Made by a program: the position numbers and the translations under genes
Shown: one piece after another, positions 35,540-45,156 of the stretch
How positions within the stretch are numbered: position 1 is the stretch's first letter
Layout: every line of letters begins with the position of its first letter
Source: an uncultured Rhodospirillales bacterium
Lineage (GTDB): Bacteria > Pseudomonadota > Alphaproteobacteria > RF32 > CAG-239
Reading direction: 5' to 3'
Length of the DNA: 64,000 bases
Assembly (NCBI GenBank): GCA_902778645.1
Contig: CACYYO010000002.1
Location: forward strand, 1,511-65,510
Notes under the pieces: generated by a model
The model's input: only the letters and a program-made list of their open reading frames with translations
The model's database searches: none
Told to the model about the DNA's origin: nothing

Positions 35540-38500
35540 CTATTGTATCTCTTTTACTTTCGTAAAGCGTTGATCTTGTGCCGCATTGCGCTTTGCAATA
35601 CCTCTTCTCTTTTCTGCCGCTTTTGTGGGCTCAAAGTTATAGTGTTCGGTGTCGTTTTGTAGTTCTTGAGCCGTCGGAAGTTTTTTCTTACCGCCGACAA
35701 AATCATTCATGTCGACGACAGCTTCCCGTTCGGCACTGTTCTTCTGTTCACGATTTGGCTGAGTAGCCTTAAACGTGCCATCGCTTACTAAACAGTGTTC
35801 TGCAAAGTTTGCAAAGTCTTCCGGCAATATGGTTTGCAAGAGGTTATGGCGAGAAATATTACTGCTCCATAATCCCTGACGAGCACTGGTGACAACATCA
35901 GATAATCCGCGAACATGCGCTTCCTGTGCAGATTCGTAATCGGCATCGAGCTTTAACTTTCCTTGTTTTCCACCTGATGTAAACGGAATCTTATCACTAT
36001 GCCCGGCAACGGCTTGGTCTATCATTTCTAACTGCCCTTTTAAATAATCCAACTTGGGCATATCCGGTGATGTAGACAGACGTCTTTCATCTAAGCGATT
36101 GCAGAAATGATTAAACAGTTTTTCTTTATTTTCATTTTCCGGTCCATAGATACAGACGAACAATTCCTTGCTGATAGTCATTTCTTCAGGTTCATTAAGA
36201 TTTTCTAAGGCTAAAGCCGGCTTCTTTTCCGGGAGAGTAATTTTATCCTTACCTGTAAGTTCATCAACTGCTTGATGAAATACGGAAGAATAATCAGGCT
36301 TGTTGACTGTTGTATTTGGTGTTTGGTACTCTTTTTTCTTCTTAAGCCTTTTCATAATCTCTTTAGCTTCTTCCGGAGTTGGTAAATATCCGGCAATCGG
36401 CTCTAAATTTTCGAGCTGCTTCGGCTCTTTCTGCTTAACCGGCTGTTTTGGCTTAGCTTCTTCGGCTTCTTGTTGTCTCCTCTTGGCCAATACTTCTTCT
36501 GTTTCCAAGAGCGCAACCGGCTGTTCTGGCTCTTTCGGCTTAACCGGCTGTTTTGGCTCTTTCGGCTTAACAGGCTGCGTCTGATCTACCGGCGTTTTAT
36601 CCACCGGTGTCTTGTCCACCGGTGTCTGATCTTCTTTTTCATTCTTCTTGGCATTCGCTCCAACACGTTCTGCCAAAGCACGATTTTCTCTCTGATTATC
36701 ATGAACCATGGTGAAAGGCAGAATATCTACACCCTCTTCGGTATGCTGGGTTATCCGCTGATACAGTTCTTCTTGCCCCGGATGATCGTGCGGTTCATAA
36801 CCGACATCAGCATCTTTATTATAAGAATCAGGATTCTTTCCATCACCCAAGCTGTCAAAATCCTTAATTTTACCCATATCATTAACGTCGCCCTCATGCT
36901 GTCCACCAACATGATTCTCGACAATTTGCAGAACTTGAGCATCTGCTTCAGTCAGGGGTTCTCCGCTAAGAAGTTTATGGTATGTATCTTGATAAGTTGT
37001 TGTATGACCGTTTTCGTCCGTATAGCTCAAGACTTCCCCAATCGGCTGACCGTTATCGGCAAGAGCATCAGCATTTGGTGCTAAAATATTTGCCTGGTAA
37101 AGTTTGTAAAGAAGCATGTCGCTGTTAGAAACAAACGCACCATTGACATAGCTGTTCATTTCATGGTGTGTTTCAGCCAACTTATCTAAAGAAGCAACAG
37201 CATCATTATATGCCGAGGTATTCTCATTATAAGATTTATCCGTCCAGTCATGACCTAAATACTCACTGTAGCGTGTTCCGCCGGTATGAGGATCATTGGG
37301 GTCTAATACTTGCTCCATACGATGCTTGGCAAAATCAAGTTCTTCAGCGGTATAATCACGCGTTGTAAACCCGTCTTTACCTTCTTGAACAAGAAAAGCA
37401 CCTTCATCAGTTTTATCACAATATTCTAAGGTATAACCCTGTTTTGTCAGTTCTTCTTCGGGCAAAGCTCGCAAGTTATCAAATTCACTTCTGTCTGTAA
37501 CAACACTGTCATGAGATGTTGTCCCCAACCCTGTGGCTTGCATACCAAGCCCGAGAGCATAACTGGTTCCCAGAGCTGTTCCGGTTGATAATGTAGCAGA
37601 AAAAGCAGCTACAGAAGCTGATTTCCACCAGCTTTCGCCTTTTTCTCTTTGACGGCGGAAGGTTTTAACAATGTTCGTCAGATTACCGACAGCCATTGCA
37701 CCAAATCCCAAACCTTTCGCTGCATCTTTGGCCGCAGCACCACCCAGCAGAGCGGCACCAGTTGCTAGTGCAGAAGTGGCAATTTCACCAACATGGTCTT
37801 TTAAGAATCCTTTTAAAGTAAGTTTACGATTATTTTTCTTCGCTTCTTCTTTGAGGCGCTTATACTTTGTTGATAAACGGAAAATTGCCTGCCCGCCGAC
37901 ATAAGCACCATAAGCAATATTACCAAAGGGAATAAGGCTTGATCCGTAACGGACAAGTTGGTTCAGCGCTTGTCTGCCCATATTATGCTTCATAGCTTTT
38001 ATTTGTGTTTTAGCAATCGTATAATAAGGATCAAAACGTTTAATGGCGGTATTATCAAAGCCTCTAATGCTTTCTGCCATATTCCCGACTGCATTTGTCT
38101 TCTTACCGATTTTCGTTCCCAAACGATTCAAATAGCCGAATGCATCATTCGTATAGCGAGCAAAGTTTGCAACTTGTACCTTATTATCTACCTTATAGTT
38201 TCCACCGGTACCATTAATAACGGCATCATAAGCGGCTTGCCCGGCAGCTTTAGCCTGTTGCTCACTCATCGGTTGCGGAATATAAGAAGGATTAGCCTGC
38301 CTTTTTTGTTCTTCCTGAGCCAAATGTTTAGCAGCCTCGTTAGCTGTCAACATTGCTGTTAATTCAGCGGCATAAGCTATATTAATCTCTTCTTGAATGG
38401 CGGCATCTAATTCTTCACCCTTTTTGCCCTTGTTTTTAACAGCCGCATTCATCGTTGCTTTTTTGATAACAGCCTCATTAAAGGAGTTGATGAAGTTGTC

Positions 38501-39463
38501 ACGTTGCGTATTATCTACAAATTCAATATTATCCCAAACCTGAGCCAAATCTTCCGGCGGATTTTTGATTTTTCTTTCAGCCTCATTTTCTTTAGCGAGT
38601 TCTTCGTTGACTCGTTTTTGAGCTCTCAAATACGTTTCGTTAATTTCATAGGCATCATCATGTGTTAAGCCCGTAAAACCATTAGCGTCATCATAAATAT
38701 TGATTTCTATTTCAAGTTTTTCACGACAGATTTCGATATTTTGCTTCAAGGCGTCATCATCAGGATTCTTTTCCTCAACATAATCATACATTAACCTTGC
38801 GCCGTCATAAACATCGGCAATATTTGTCTGGTCAACAGTGGTTTCACTATTGGCATATTTGTTTACCTTAGAAACCATGACCTCCATTAATGCCGCCCTT
38901 GAAGCCTGCATTTCTGCTTTGATGGCATCAGTGCTGGCATGATTTTCAGCTTCCTCCAACCATCGAGAGGTATCAACCAAACGTCTCGGCGGATAATATT
39001 CAAGAATCTCCTGTTTCAGGGCTTTATCTCTTTGGTTGAAATCATTTCGCTCATCTGCATTTAAGTTGGCTTTTGCCAAATTAATGGCATCTTGTTGAGC
39101 ATCATGATCTAAAGAAGCAAAATTTTCCGGCAGTTTATTCATTTGCGCTAAAATAGCACGGTCAATACCTACACGAATTGGAGCCCCGGAATTTAAGAAA
39201 TCAGTATTCTCGCCGCTGATAAGCTGCTGCCATTCATCAGAAGTAAAGTTAGTTTCAATGCGCTGAGAGTCATTTTGGTTTTGATTCTCGTTTTCACGCT
39301 CCCTTTTGGCGCGTTCTTCGGCAATCATTTGTGCCCTGAATTCATTTTTATTTTGTGCTGCTTCATAGGCGGCGCTATCTTCTCTTGAGGCAGTATTACC
39401 TGTATATTTTTCATTAAACCATGCTTCTAATGCATCATTAGTTATATCAGCCATTGCCGTCAC
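35540..39463 (-). CDS. Giant hypothetical protein of 1307 aa, effector-like: acidic coiled-coil N-terminus, central hydrophobic segments, tandem PVDKT / PVKPKEP repeats and a basic C-terminus
   Basis: No signal peptide (MTAMADITNDALEAWF...). Repeats QTPVDKTPVDKTPVDQTQPVKPKEPKQPVKPKEPEQPV. C-terminal tail KAAEKRRGIAKRNAAQDQRFTKVKEIQ. Confidence 0.6.
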   Translation of the reverse strand: MTAMADITNDALEAWFNEKYTGNTASREDSAAYEAAQNKNEFRAQMIAEERAKRERENENQNQNDSQRIETNFTSDEWQQLISGENTDFLNSGAPIRVGIDRAILAQMNKLPENFASLDHDAQQDAINLAKANLNADERNDFNQRDKALKQEILEYYPPRRLVDTSRWLEEAENHASTDAIKAEMQASRAALMEVMVSKVNKYANSETTVDQTNIADVYDGARLMYDYVEEKNPDDDALKQNIEICREKLEIEINIYDDANGFTGLTHDDAYEINETYLRAQKRVNEELAKENEAERKIKNPPEDLAQVWDNIEFVDNTQRDNFINSFNEAVIKKATMNAAVKNKGKKGEELDAAIQEEINIAYAAELTAMLTANEAAKHLAQEEQKRQANPSYIPQPMSEQQAKAAGQAAYDAVINGTGGNYKVDNKVQVANFARYTNDAFGYLNRLGTKIGKKTNAVGNMAESIRGFDNTAIKRFDPYYTIAKTQIKAMKHNMGRQALNQLVRYGSSLIPFGNIAYGAYVGGQAIFRLSTKYKRLKEEAKKNNRKLTLKGFLKDHVGEIATSALATGAALLGGAAAKDAAKGLGFGAMAVGNLTNIVKTFRRQREKGESWWKSASVAAFSATLSTGTALGTSYALGLGMQATGLGTTSHDSVVTDRSEFDNLRALPEEELTKQGYTLEYCDKTDEGAFLVQEGKDGFTTRDYTAEELDFAKHRMEQVLDPNDPHTGGTRYSEYLGHDWTDKSYNENTSAYNDAVASLDKLAETHHEMNSYVNGAFVSNSDMLLYKLYQANILAPNADALADNGQPIGEVLSYTDENGHTTTYQDTYHKLLSGEPLTEADAQVLQIVENHVGGQHEGDVNDMGKIKDFDSLGDGKNPDSYNKDADVGYEPHDHPGQEELYQRITQHTEEGVDILPFTMVHDNQRENRALAERVGANAKKNEKEDQTPVDKTPVDKTPVDQTQPVKPKEPKQPVKPKEPEQPVALLETEEVLAKRRQQEAEEAKPKQPVKQKEPKQLENLEPIAGYLPTPEEAKEIMKRLKKKKEYQTPNTTVNKPDYSSVFHQAVDELTGKDKITLPEKKPALALENLNEPEEMTISKELFVCIYGPENENKEKLFNHFCNRLDERRLSTSPDMPKLDYLKGQLEMIDQAVAGHSDKIPFTSGGKQGKLKLDADYESAQEAHVRGLSDVVTSARQGLWSSNISRHNLLQTILPEDFANFAEHCLVSDGTFKATQPNREQKNSAEREAVVDMNDFVGGKKKLPTAQELQNDTEHYNFEPTKAAEKRRGIAKRNAAQDQRFTKVKEIQ

Positions 39464-39650
39464 TCCTCAAAAGTTTTTCTTTGATTATATCAAAGACTTG
39501 CCGTCTTGTCAATATTTTGTCTAAAACAATAATGATTGAAGAGAGGCAAGTATTTTGTATAAACAAAATCATGAAATCACTTGCTTTCTGATAATAAACA
39601 CCTTAAATAAAGAATAAGTTAACAAAAATAAGATTTTAGCAGAACAAGAA

Positions 39651-40811
39651 ATGAGTGATACAGATTACTACGAAATATTAGGGGTTTCAAAAACCGCAAC
39701 CACCGACGAACTCAAGCGTGCCTATCGCTCTCAGGCGATGAAATACCATCCGGATCGCAATCCGAACAATCCGGAAGCCGAGGCAAAATTTAAAGAGATT
39801 AATGAGGCCTATGATGTCTTAAAGGATGAGCAAAAGCGTGCTGCTTATGACCGCTATGGCAAACAAGCTTTTCAAAGTGGCGGTATGGGCGGAGGGAATC
39901 CGTTTGGCGGTTTTGGCTTTGATTTTAGCGGCGCCTCCGGCGGCTTTAGCGATATTTTCGGTGATATATTTTCTGAATTTATGGGCGGTGGTCGTCAACA
40001 AAGGAATCCGAATGCACCGCAAGATGGCGCAGATTTACGCTACAATCTGGATATTACGCTCGAAGAAGCCTTCAATGGCGTAGAAAAAGAAATCACCGTA
40101 CCTCATGCAGAGCTTTGTGAAGATTGCCACGGACACGGAACCGCCGACGGAAAAGAAGCCCCCGTTTGTTCAACCTGCCATGGAAGAGGGAAAATTCAAT
40201 CGCAAAAAGGCGGCTTTTTCATTGTTGAGACAACTTGCCCGACCTGTAAAGGAAAAGGACGTGTTGTTAAAGAGTCATGCAAAAAATGCCATGGGGAAGG
40301 TCTTGTCCACTCAGAAAAGCAAATCAAAATTAAAATTCCGGCGGGAATCGAAACAGATACGCGTATGCGGGTAGCCGGTGCCGGAGAATCCGGCTTGCGT
40401 GGCGGGCAAAATGGCGATTTATATGTGTTTATTAATGTCTTGCCGCATAAACTTTATGTTCGTGAAGGGGCTAATTTGTATACGACGGTTCCGGTTTCGA
40501 TGGCATGCGCGGCCTTAGGCGGAAAAATAGAAATCCCAAGCATCGACGGACGCAAAATCAACATTGATGTTCCTGTCGGCACGCAAACCAATCAGCAACA
40601 AAAAGTCAGCAACGAGGGTATGCCGATTATCCGTTCCAAACGCAAGGGCGACCTGTTTGTCCGGTTTGTTGTTGAGACACCTGTTAATCTCAATAAACGC
40701 CAAAAAGAACTGCTGGAGGAGTTTCGCTCTTTGAGTAAGGATGAAAATTGCCAACCGCAAACCAAAGGATTTATGGATAAAATCAAGGATTTATTCAGCT
40801 CTGTTGCATAA
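39651..40811 (+). CDS. dnaJ: molecular chaperone DnaJ
   Basis: J domain with HPD, a G/F-rich region, four CxxCxGxG zinc-finger repeats and a C-terminal domain. Confidence 0.95.
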   Translation: MSDTDYYEILGVSKTATTDELKRAYRSQAMKYHPDRNPNNPEAEAKFKEINEAYDVLKDEQKRAAYDRYGKQAFQSGGMGGGNPFGGFGFDFSGASGGFSDIFGDIFSEFMGGGRQQRNPNAPQDGADLRYNLDITLEEAFNGVEKEITVPHAELCEDCHGHGTADGKEAPVCSTCHGRGKIQSQKGGFFIVETTCPTCKGKGRVVKESCKKCHGEGLVHSEKQIKIKIPAGIETDTRMRVAGAGESGLRGGQNGDLYVFINVLPHKLYVREGANLYTTVPVSMACAALGGKIEIPSIDGRKINIDVPVGTQTNQQQKVSNEGMPIIRSKRKGDLFVRFVVETPVNLNKRQKELLEEFRSLSKDENCQPQTKGFMDKIKDLFSSVA

Positions 40812-40902
40812 AAAAACAAATTTTGTTCATTTTGTCTATTTACAAAAGGGAAAACTTGTGCTATAACCACTCTCCCTGACAAAATTATTTAAATTATATA
40901 GT

Positions 40903-41427
40903 ATGGATAAGAAAAAATTGATCGCGCTGTCCGATTTCATGCGCGAGCAGTCGGTGACTGTATCGGACCTGGATGAGATGACTCAGTATGCTAAATTTTA
41001 CGGCGGAAATATTCCCTTGCTTGAGGAAGGAGAAAAACTGCCTGTTGCGCTCCTCTATGCTGATGGTGAGATATCTCCGAAATTCAAGCCGATGCGCAGC
41101 ATAAAGGCTGTTCATATTGAAAATGCTGATATTGGGCTGGAAGAACTGACGATCCCGATGTCGTATCTGGACGCTTTGCAGAATTGCCGACAGCTGCAAA
41201 AGCGGTTAATGACGGAGGAGCAAGCCATCATAATCTATCAGAACCTCAAAAAAATCAATGAAGTACTGAAAGAATTTGGCTTTGACTCTCTGCGAGAAGG
41301 GCGGTATTGGCTGGAGACCCCGGCCACAAAATCCTACTTGGCGAAAGCCATAGATTTCAGTTCCGGAAAAGTACAGGAGCTGAAAAGAAGTGAGAGTTGC
41401 AGGGTGCGCCCTGTATTCCTCACATAA
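40903..41427 (+). CDS. Hypothetical protein whose GC content and codon usage are visibly higher than its surroundings (possible horizontal acquisition)
   Basis: 174-aa ORF rich in GCG/CTG/CGC codons, unlike neighbouring genes. Followed by a terminator. Confidence 0.5.
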   Translation: MDKKKLIALSDFMREQSVTVSDLDEMTQYAKFYGGNIPLLEEGEKLPVALLYADGEISPKFKPMRSIKAVHIENADIGLEELTIPMSYLDALQNCRQLQKRLMTEEQAIIIYQNLKKINEVLKEFGFDSLREGRYWLETPATKSYLAKAIDFSSGKVQELKRSESCRVRPVFLT

Positions 41428-41439
41428 AATGAACAACAA

Positions 41440-41476
41440 AAACTCCTGAAACCGCATGGTTTGGGAGTTTTTTTGT
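41440..41476 (+). terminator. Rho-independent terminator
   Basis: aaactcc..(loop)..gggagttttttt. Confidence 0.5.
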
Positions 41477-41974
41477 GTGACAAAAGGTAACCTATAATAA
41501 TAGCCCGAATAACTCTCCCTCTCTCCAAAAACACTTGCTCCGACACAAACAAGTGTTTTTGAATGAGAGTGAACATAAATATATTTTGAACAAACTAAGC
41601 CGGTGCCCATAATAACCGCGCAATCAAATGACGCCGGATTAATTTTTCGTAATTTTAAAGCTTCTTTGCTTTTCGAATAAAACAAGTTTCTGCGTTTTAC
41701 TTCGTAACTTCTTTGTTACTATCAAATGGTTTCTGCCAAGTTATGTATCAGTACTGCTATGCCATCTCCCTATATATCTATAGCTATATAGAAAGATGTC
41801 ATTGAATTCATACTTGCGATTCTAGGGTCTATTTATTAACAAAAGATTTATAAGGAAAGCTATAATATAAGGCGATTCTCTGCAAATCAAGACTCCGATT
41901 CGTTTTGAGTCAAATTAAAAATTTTTTCGAATCGGAAACAGAATCGCAATTTACGAAAAACAGAATCGGAAAAA

Positions 41975-43090
41975 TTAAATTAAATGCTCATTTCTTTTTC
42001 TGAGTAAATCTTTTTGATCGAGACGCTTACGGCTGACAGCGGCCCAAGAAGAGTCAGTAGGAACTTCCCTCGGTTTGGGCAAGGAAGAGACAGGATCCAA
42101 CAACAGCGCCGGCGCCGGAATAGGCATGTCTTTTATTCTATCAATAAGTTTTGCCGGCTTTTTTTCTAAATATTCCATAAACATCTGGAAAATCTGATAA
42201 TTTCCAATCATTTCCGTAACATCAAAAACATACCCCCTATTATAGGTATTAACAAAATAATCTTCAGTACTTGAAATGGTTGTACGATTAAAACGAGCGG
42301 TTTTGCCGCTAAGACTGTCTTGTTCACTTAAAACAGTATCAACAGCGACCGTATTCGGAAAAACGGTAACGTAATGGTATCCGCTGCGACTGTTTTGCTT
42401 AGAACGAGGAAAAACGACACAAACAGCATAGGGATTTTTCTTAAAGATAGCCGCCAAATCAGCTCGGATATTTGATGATTCATTCTTATCACCAAAAGAT
42501 TTTTTCAAATCGTCAATAATAGAACGGCAAGAATTAGGACCTGTTAGGCAATCAAAAAGCAATCTGTATTCCTCAAACTTCGTCTCATCAACAGCCTGCA
42601 AGAAAGAACCCAACCCCGCAGAAGCACAAAAGAATCCGGGATCAATTGTAATACCTTGTTTTTTATAGCGGTTGAAGAGACCCCGTAATGTTTTGGTGCG
42701 ATGACCTTTCTTTTCCGCCTCTTGGATGGTGAAAATATTTTCTTGTAAAATTTCCCATAATGTCTTTGCAAAGTTTTTTTGGCGTTCAATAATCATATCA
42801 CGGTGTTCTTCCATGAATCGAGCGTATTCCGGAGCAGCCTTTGCCTCGGTGGCTTTCGCTAATAATTGCGGAACAGATTTTTTTTGAACATTCTGTGCGT
42901 GCAGACTCAATTGGGCATTTGGAGCAGCGAATAAAACAAGCTTTAGTCCCAAAGCAAGCATGCTTTTGCGCACGGTATGAGAAACTCTATACTGTCTGTC
43001 AAAACGATGCCAAAAACGAAAAGCCTTTATCTTATATATTTTAGCATATTTTTGCAGTTTTTCCCAAAAAATATCTTGAGCCCCAACCAT
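41975..43090 (-). CDS. Secreted hypothetical protein, possible papain-fold Cys/His peptidase-like effector
   Basis: An internal Met at 42959-61 gives MLALGLKLVLFAAPNAQLSLHA (signal peptide), which is probably the true start. Candidate catalytic Cys (GFFCASAGLGSFL) and His (SGYHYVTVF) about 85 aa apart. No firm family assignment. Confidence 0.45.
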   Translation of the reverse strand: MVGAQDIFWEKLQKYAKIYKIKAFRFWHRFDRQYRVSHTVRKSMLALGLKLVLFAAPNAQLSLHAQNVQKKSVPQLLAKATEAKAAPEYARFMEEHRDMIIERQKNFAKTLWEILQENIFTIQEAEKKGHRTKTLRGLFNRYKKQGITIDPGFFCASAGLGSFLQAVDETKFEEYRLLFDCLTGPNSCRSIIDDLKKSFGDKNESSNIRADLAAIFKKNPYAVCVVFPRSKQNSRSGYHYVTVFPNTVAVDTVLSEQDSLSGKTARFNRTTISSTEDYFVNTYNRGYVFDVTEMIGNYQIFQMFMEYLEKKPAKLIDRIKDMPIPAPALLLDPVSSLPKPREVPTDSSWAAVSRKRLDQKDLLRKRNEHLI

Positions 43091-43306
43091 TGCTGCTTCT
43101 CTTTCACGTGTAATAAAATTGATGATGATAGCCTAACAGATAAGAATAAAATACACAAAAACAAGAACAAAAAAACGATAATTTTTAATTTTCCACACTA
43201 AAAACGAGTGACCGAAGCATTGAGCGATAGCGCAATGCAAGAACGAACCTTCAGGTGAGAGGACCGCCGCAAAAAAAGCCTCCGTCGCACAGCAAGGAGG
43301 CACTAA

Positions 43307-43385
43307 TTGGCGTCAGCGGCGGGACTCGAACCCACTACCCACAGTTTAGGAAACTGTTGCTCTATCCTGATGAGCTACGCCGACG
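43307..43385 (-). tRNA. tRNA-Arg (anticodon CCT)
   Basis: The reverse complement GCGTCGGCGTAGCTCATCAGGATAGAGCAACAGTTTCCTAAACTGTGGGTAGTGGGTTCGAGTCCCGCCGCTGACGC folds as a cloverleaf. Anticodon loop tt-CCT-aa, T arm GGGTTCGAGTCCC, acceptor GCGTCGG/CTGACGC. Confidence 0.85.
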
Positions 43386-43558
43386 CATAGCTACTTTATA
43401 CTGTAAACATAACAAATTTTCAAGTCAGAATTAAGAATAAAAGTATTGTTGTCTTAAACTGTGGATATTCCTTTACCAGCCTTGATTTGCGAGGAAAAAT
43501 AGTTATATTTCCAACAACTATTGAATTATTGTTTAACTATTAAAAATATATTATTTTT

Positions 43559-45115
43559 ATGAGCCACTACAACAACGAGGTAATCTACCAGATTTACCCC
43601 CTTACGTTTAACTACGCCCGTGGCAGCAAAACAGACCCGTACCCGACAGGTGCCTATGGCAACCTTAAAGGGGTGGCGGCGTATGCTGACTATGTTGCCT
43701 CCTTGGGGGTAGATGCAATTTGGATAACCCCATTTTATCCATGGGGTGGTCATGGCTTTGGATATGATATCACAGACTACTGTGCTATTGATCCGATGTA
43801 TGGCGATATTGAAGATTTCAGAGAGCTTTGCAATGTTTATCATGCAAAGGGACTGAAAGTCTACATTGACCAGGTCTACAATCATTGCTCAATAAAGCAT
43901 GAATGGTTTAAGAAGAGTGTTGAGAGAATAAAGCCTTATGATGATTTTTTCGTTTGGGCCGATCCCATTATGAAAAACGATAAGCTTTCTCCTCCCAACA
44001 ACTGGAAATCAATATGGGATTGTCTTGGCGAGAGTGCTTGGACATTTCACCCTTCGAGAGAACAGTACTATCTTCATAGCTTTGACTGGTCAATGCCTAA
44101 TCTGAATCTGAACAACCTTCTCGTACAAGAGGCCATTTTAGAAGTCTCTAAGTTTTGGTTTGACCTAGGCGTCGATGGTTTTCGGCTCGATGCCGTGACT
44201 CATTATGCCTGCGATGAACAGTTGCGTGACAACCCGCAAAATGAGTTTGGACATCAGCAGCGCCTGTTTGACATCAATTCACCGAACGGGGCAAAGTTTA
44301 TCAATCGCCTCAAAGCACTGGGAAACAGTTATCCTGTTCCCAAGACGTTGCTGGCAGAGTATTGGTATGACAAAAGCCCTCAAGGTTTAGCTAAAGCCCA
44401 GGAAATTTTTGCCAATAGTCATTGTGATGCTTTTTTTACCGGTGCTTTGAACGAAACCTTGCACCAGTTTAAGAAAAATATCCAAGATGAGTTTTTGGTT
44501 TCTCCGTATGGAGAAAAAATTAATTGGGCAATGAGCAACCATGATTTGGAGCGAGCAGCTTCTCGAATCTTTGGGCAAAATACCTCCAGAAAAAAGGTGA
44601 AAATGCTGATAAGCATGTTGCTAACCTTGCCGGGAAGCATTTGTATCTACCAAGGAGAAGAATTGGGGTTACCTAATCCTTGCTCAATTGATAAATGCAA
44701 AAATGCGGCAAATGACCCTCTTAACCTCTGGGCTCCGTACATATACCCTTGGGATGCCGGGCGTGCCGGTTTTGCAATGTCGGATAGCCGAGATGATCCG
44801 AGCCGCAATCTGGCACTTCGCCCTGCGCCGGTGCATTACCATTATGCGGTATCCAGGCAGTTTGATGAGGATTCTGTTCTGAATTTTACCCGCAGAGCGA
44901 TACAAGAGCGCAAAAAAAGTATTTTTAATGAGCATGGAAAGCTGTACTTCATTGAAAATACCGGAGATGATGTTTATGCCTACGTTCGCACCAACAAAGA
45001 AGGGACAATCAAAATTCTCTGTATCTATAATTTTGGCGCATATATGGCAGACATTACCTATGATGGTCAACACTACCATGTAGACCCCGAAAGATGGATA
45101 CACAAAAGAGTGTAA
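43559..45115 (+). CDS. Glycoside hydrolase family 13 (alpha-amylase family; alpha-glucosidase / oligo-1,6-glucosidase-like)
   Basis: GH13 conserved regions: DAIWITP, KVYIDQVYNH, GVDGFRLDAVTHY, and a catalytic Glu/Asp context. Confidence 0.85.
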   Translation: MSHYNNEVIYQIYPLTFNYARGSKTDPYPTGAYGNLKGVAAYADYVASLGVDAIWITPFYPWGGHGFGYDITDYCAIDPMYGDIEDFRELCNVYHAKGLKVYIDQVYNHCSIKHEWFKKSVERIKPYDDFFVWADPIMKNDKLSPPNNWKSIWDCLGESAWTFHPSREQYYLHSFDWSMPNLNLNNLLVQEAILEVSKFWFDLGVDGFRLDAVTHYACDEQLRDNPQNEFGHQQRLFDINSPNGAKFINRLKALGNSYPVPKTLLAEYWYDKSPQGLAKAQEIFANSHCDAFFTGALNETLHQFKKNIQDEFLVSPYGEKINWAMSNHDLERAASRIFGQNTSRKKVKMLISMLLTLPGSICIYQGEELGLPNPCSIDKCKNAANDPLNLWAPYIYPWDAGRAGFAMSDSRDDPSRNLALRPAPVHYHYAVSRQFDEDSVLNFTRRAIQERKKSIFNEHGKLYFIENTGDDVYAYVRTNKEGTIKILCIYNFGAYMADITYDGQHYHVDPERWIHKRV

Positions 45116-45121
45116 GAAAAA

Positions 45122-45156
45122 GAACCGCCGACAATGAAAAGTCCGCGGTTTTTTTT
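45122..45156 (+). terminator. Rho-independent terminator after the GH13 gene
   Basis: aaccgccgac..gtccgcggtt hairpin with one mismatch, followed by tttttttt. Confidence 0.5.

Noticed and set aside
41880-41990. Short direct repeats aacagaatcg(c/g)aa in three copies, plus cgattcg, in the AT-rich gap before the 41975 ORF stop
   Set aside because: They are too short and degenerate to call a binding array or att site with confidence. They are folded into the tRNA-islet finding as a minor note.
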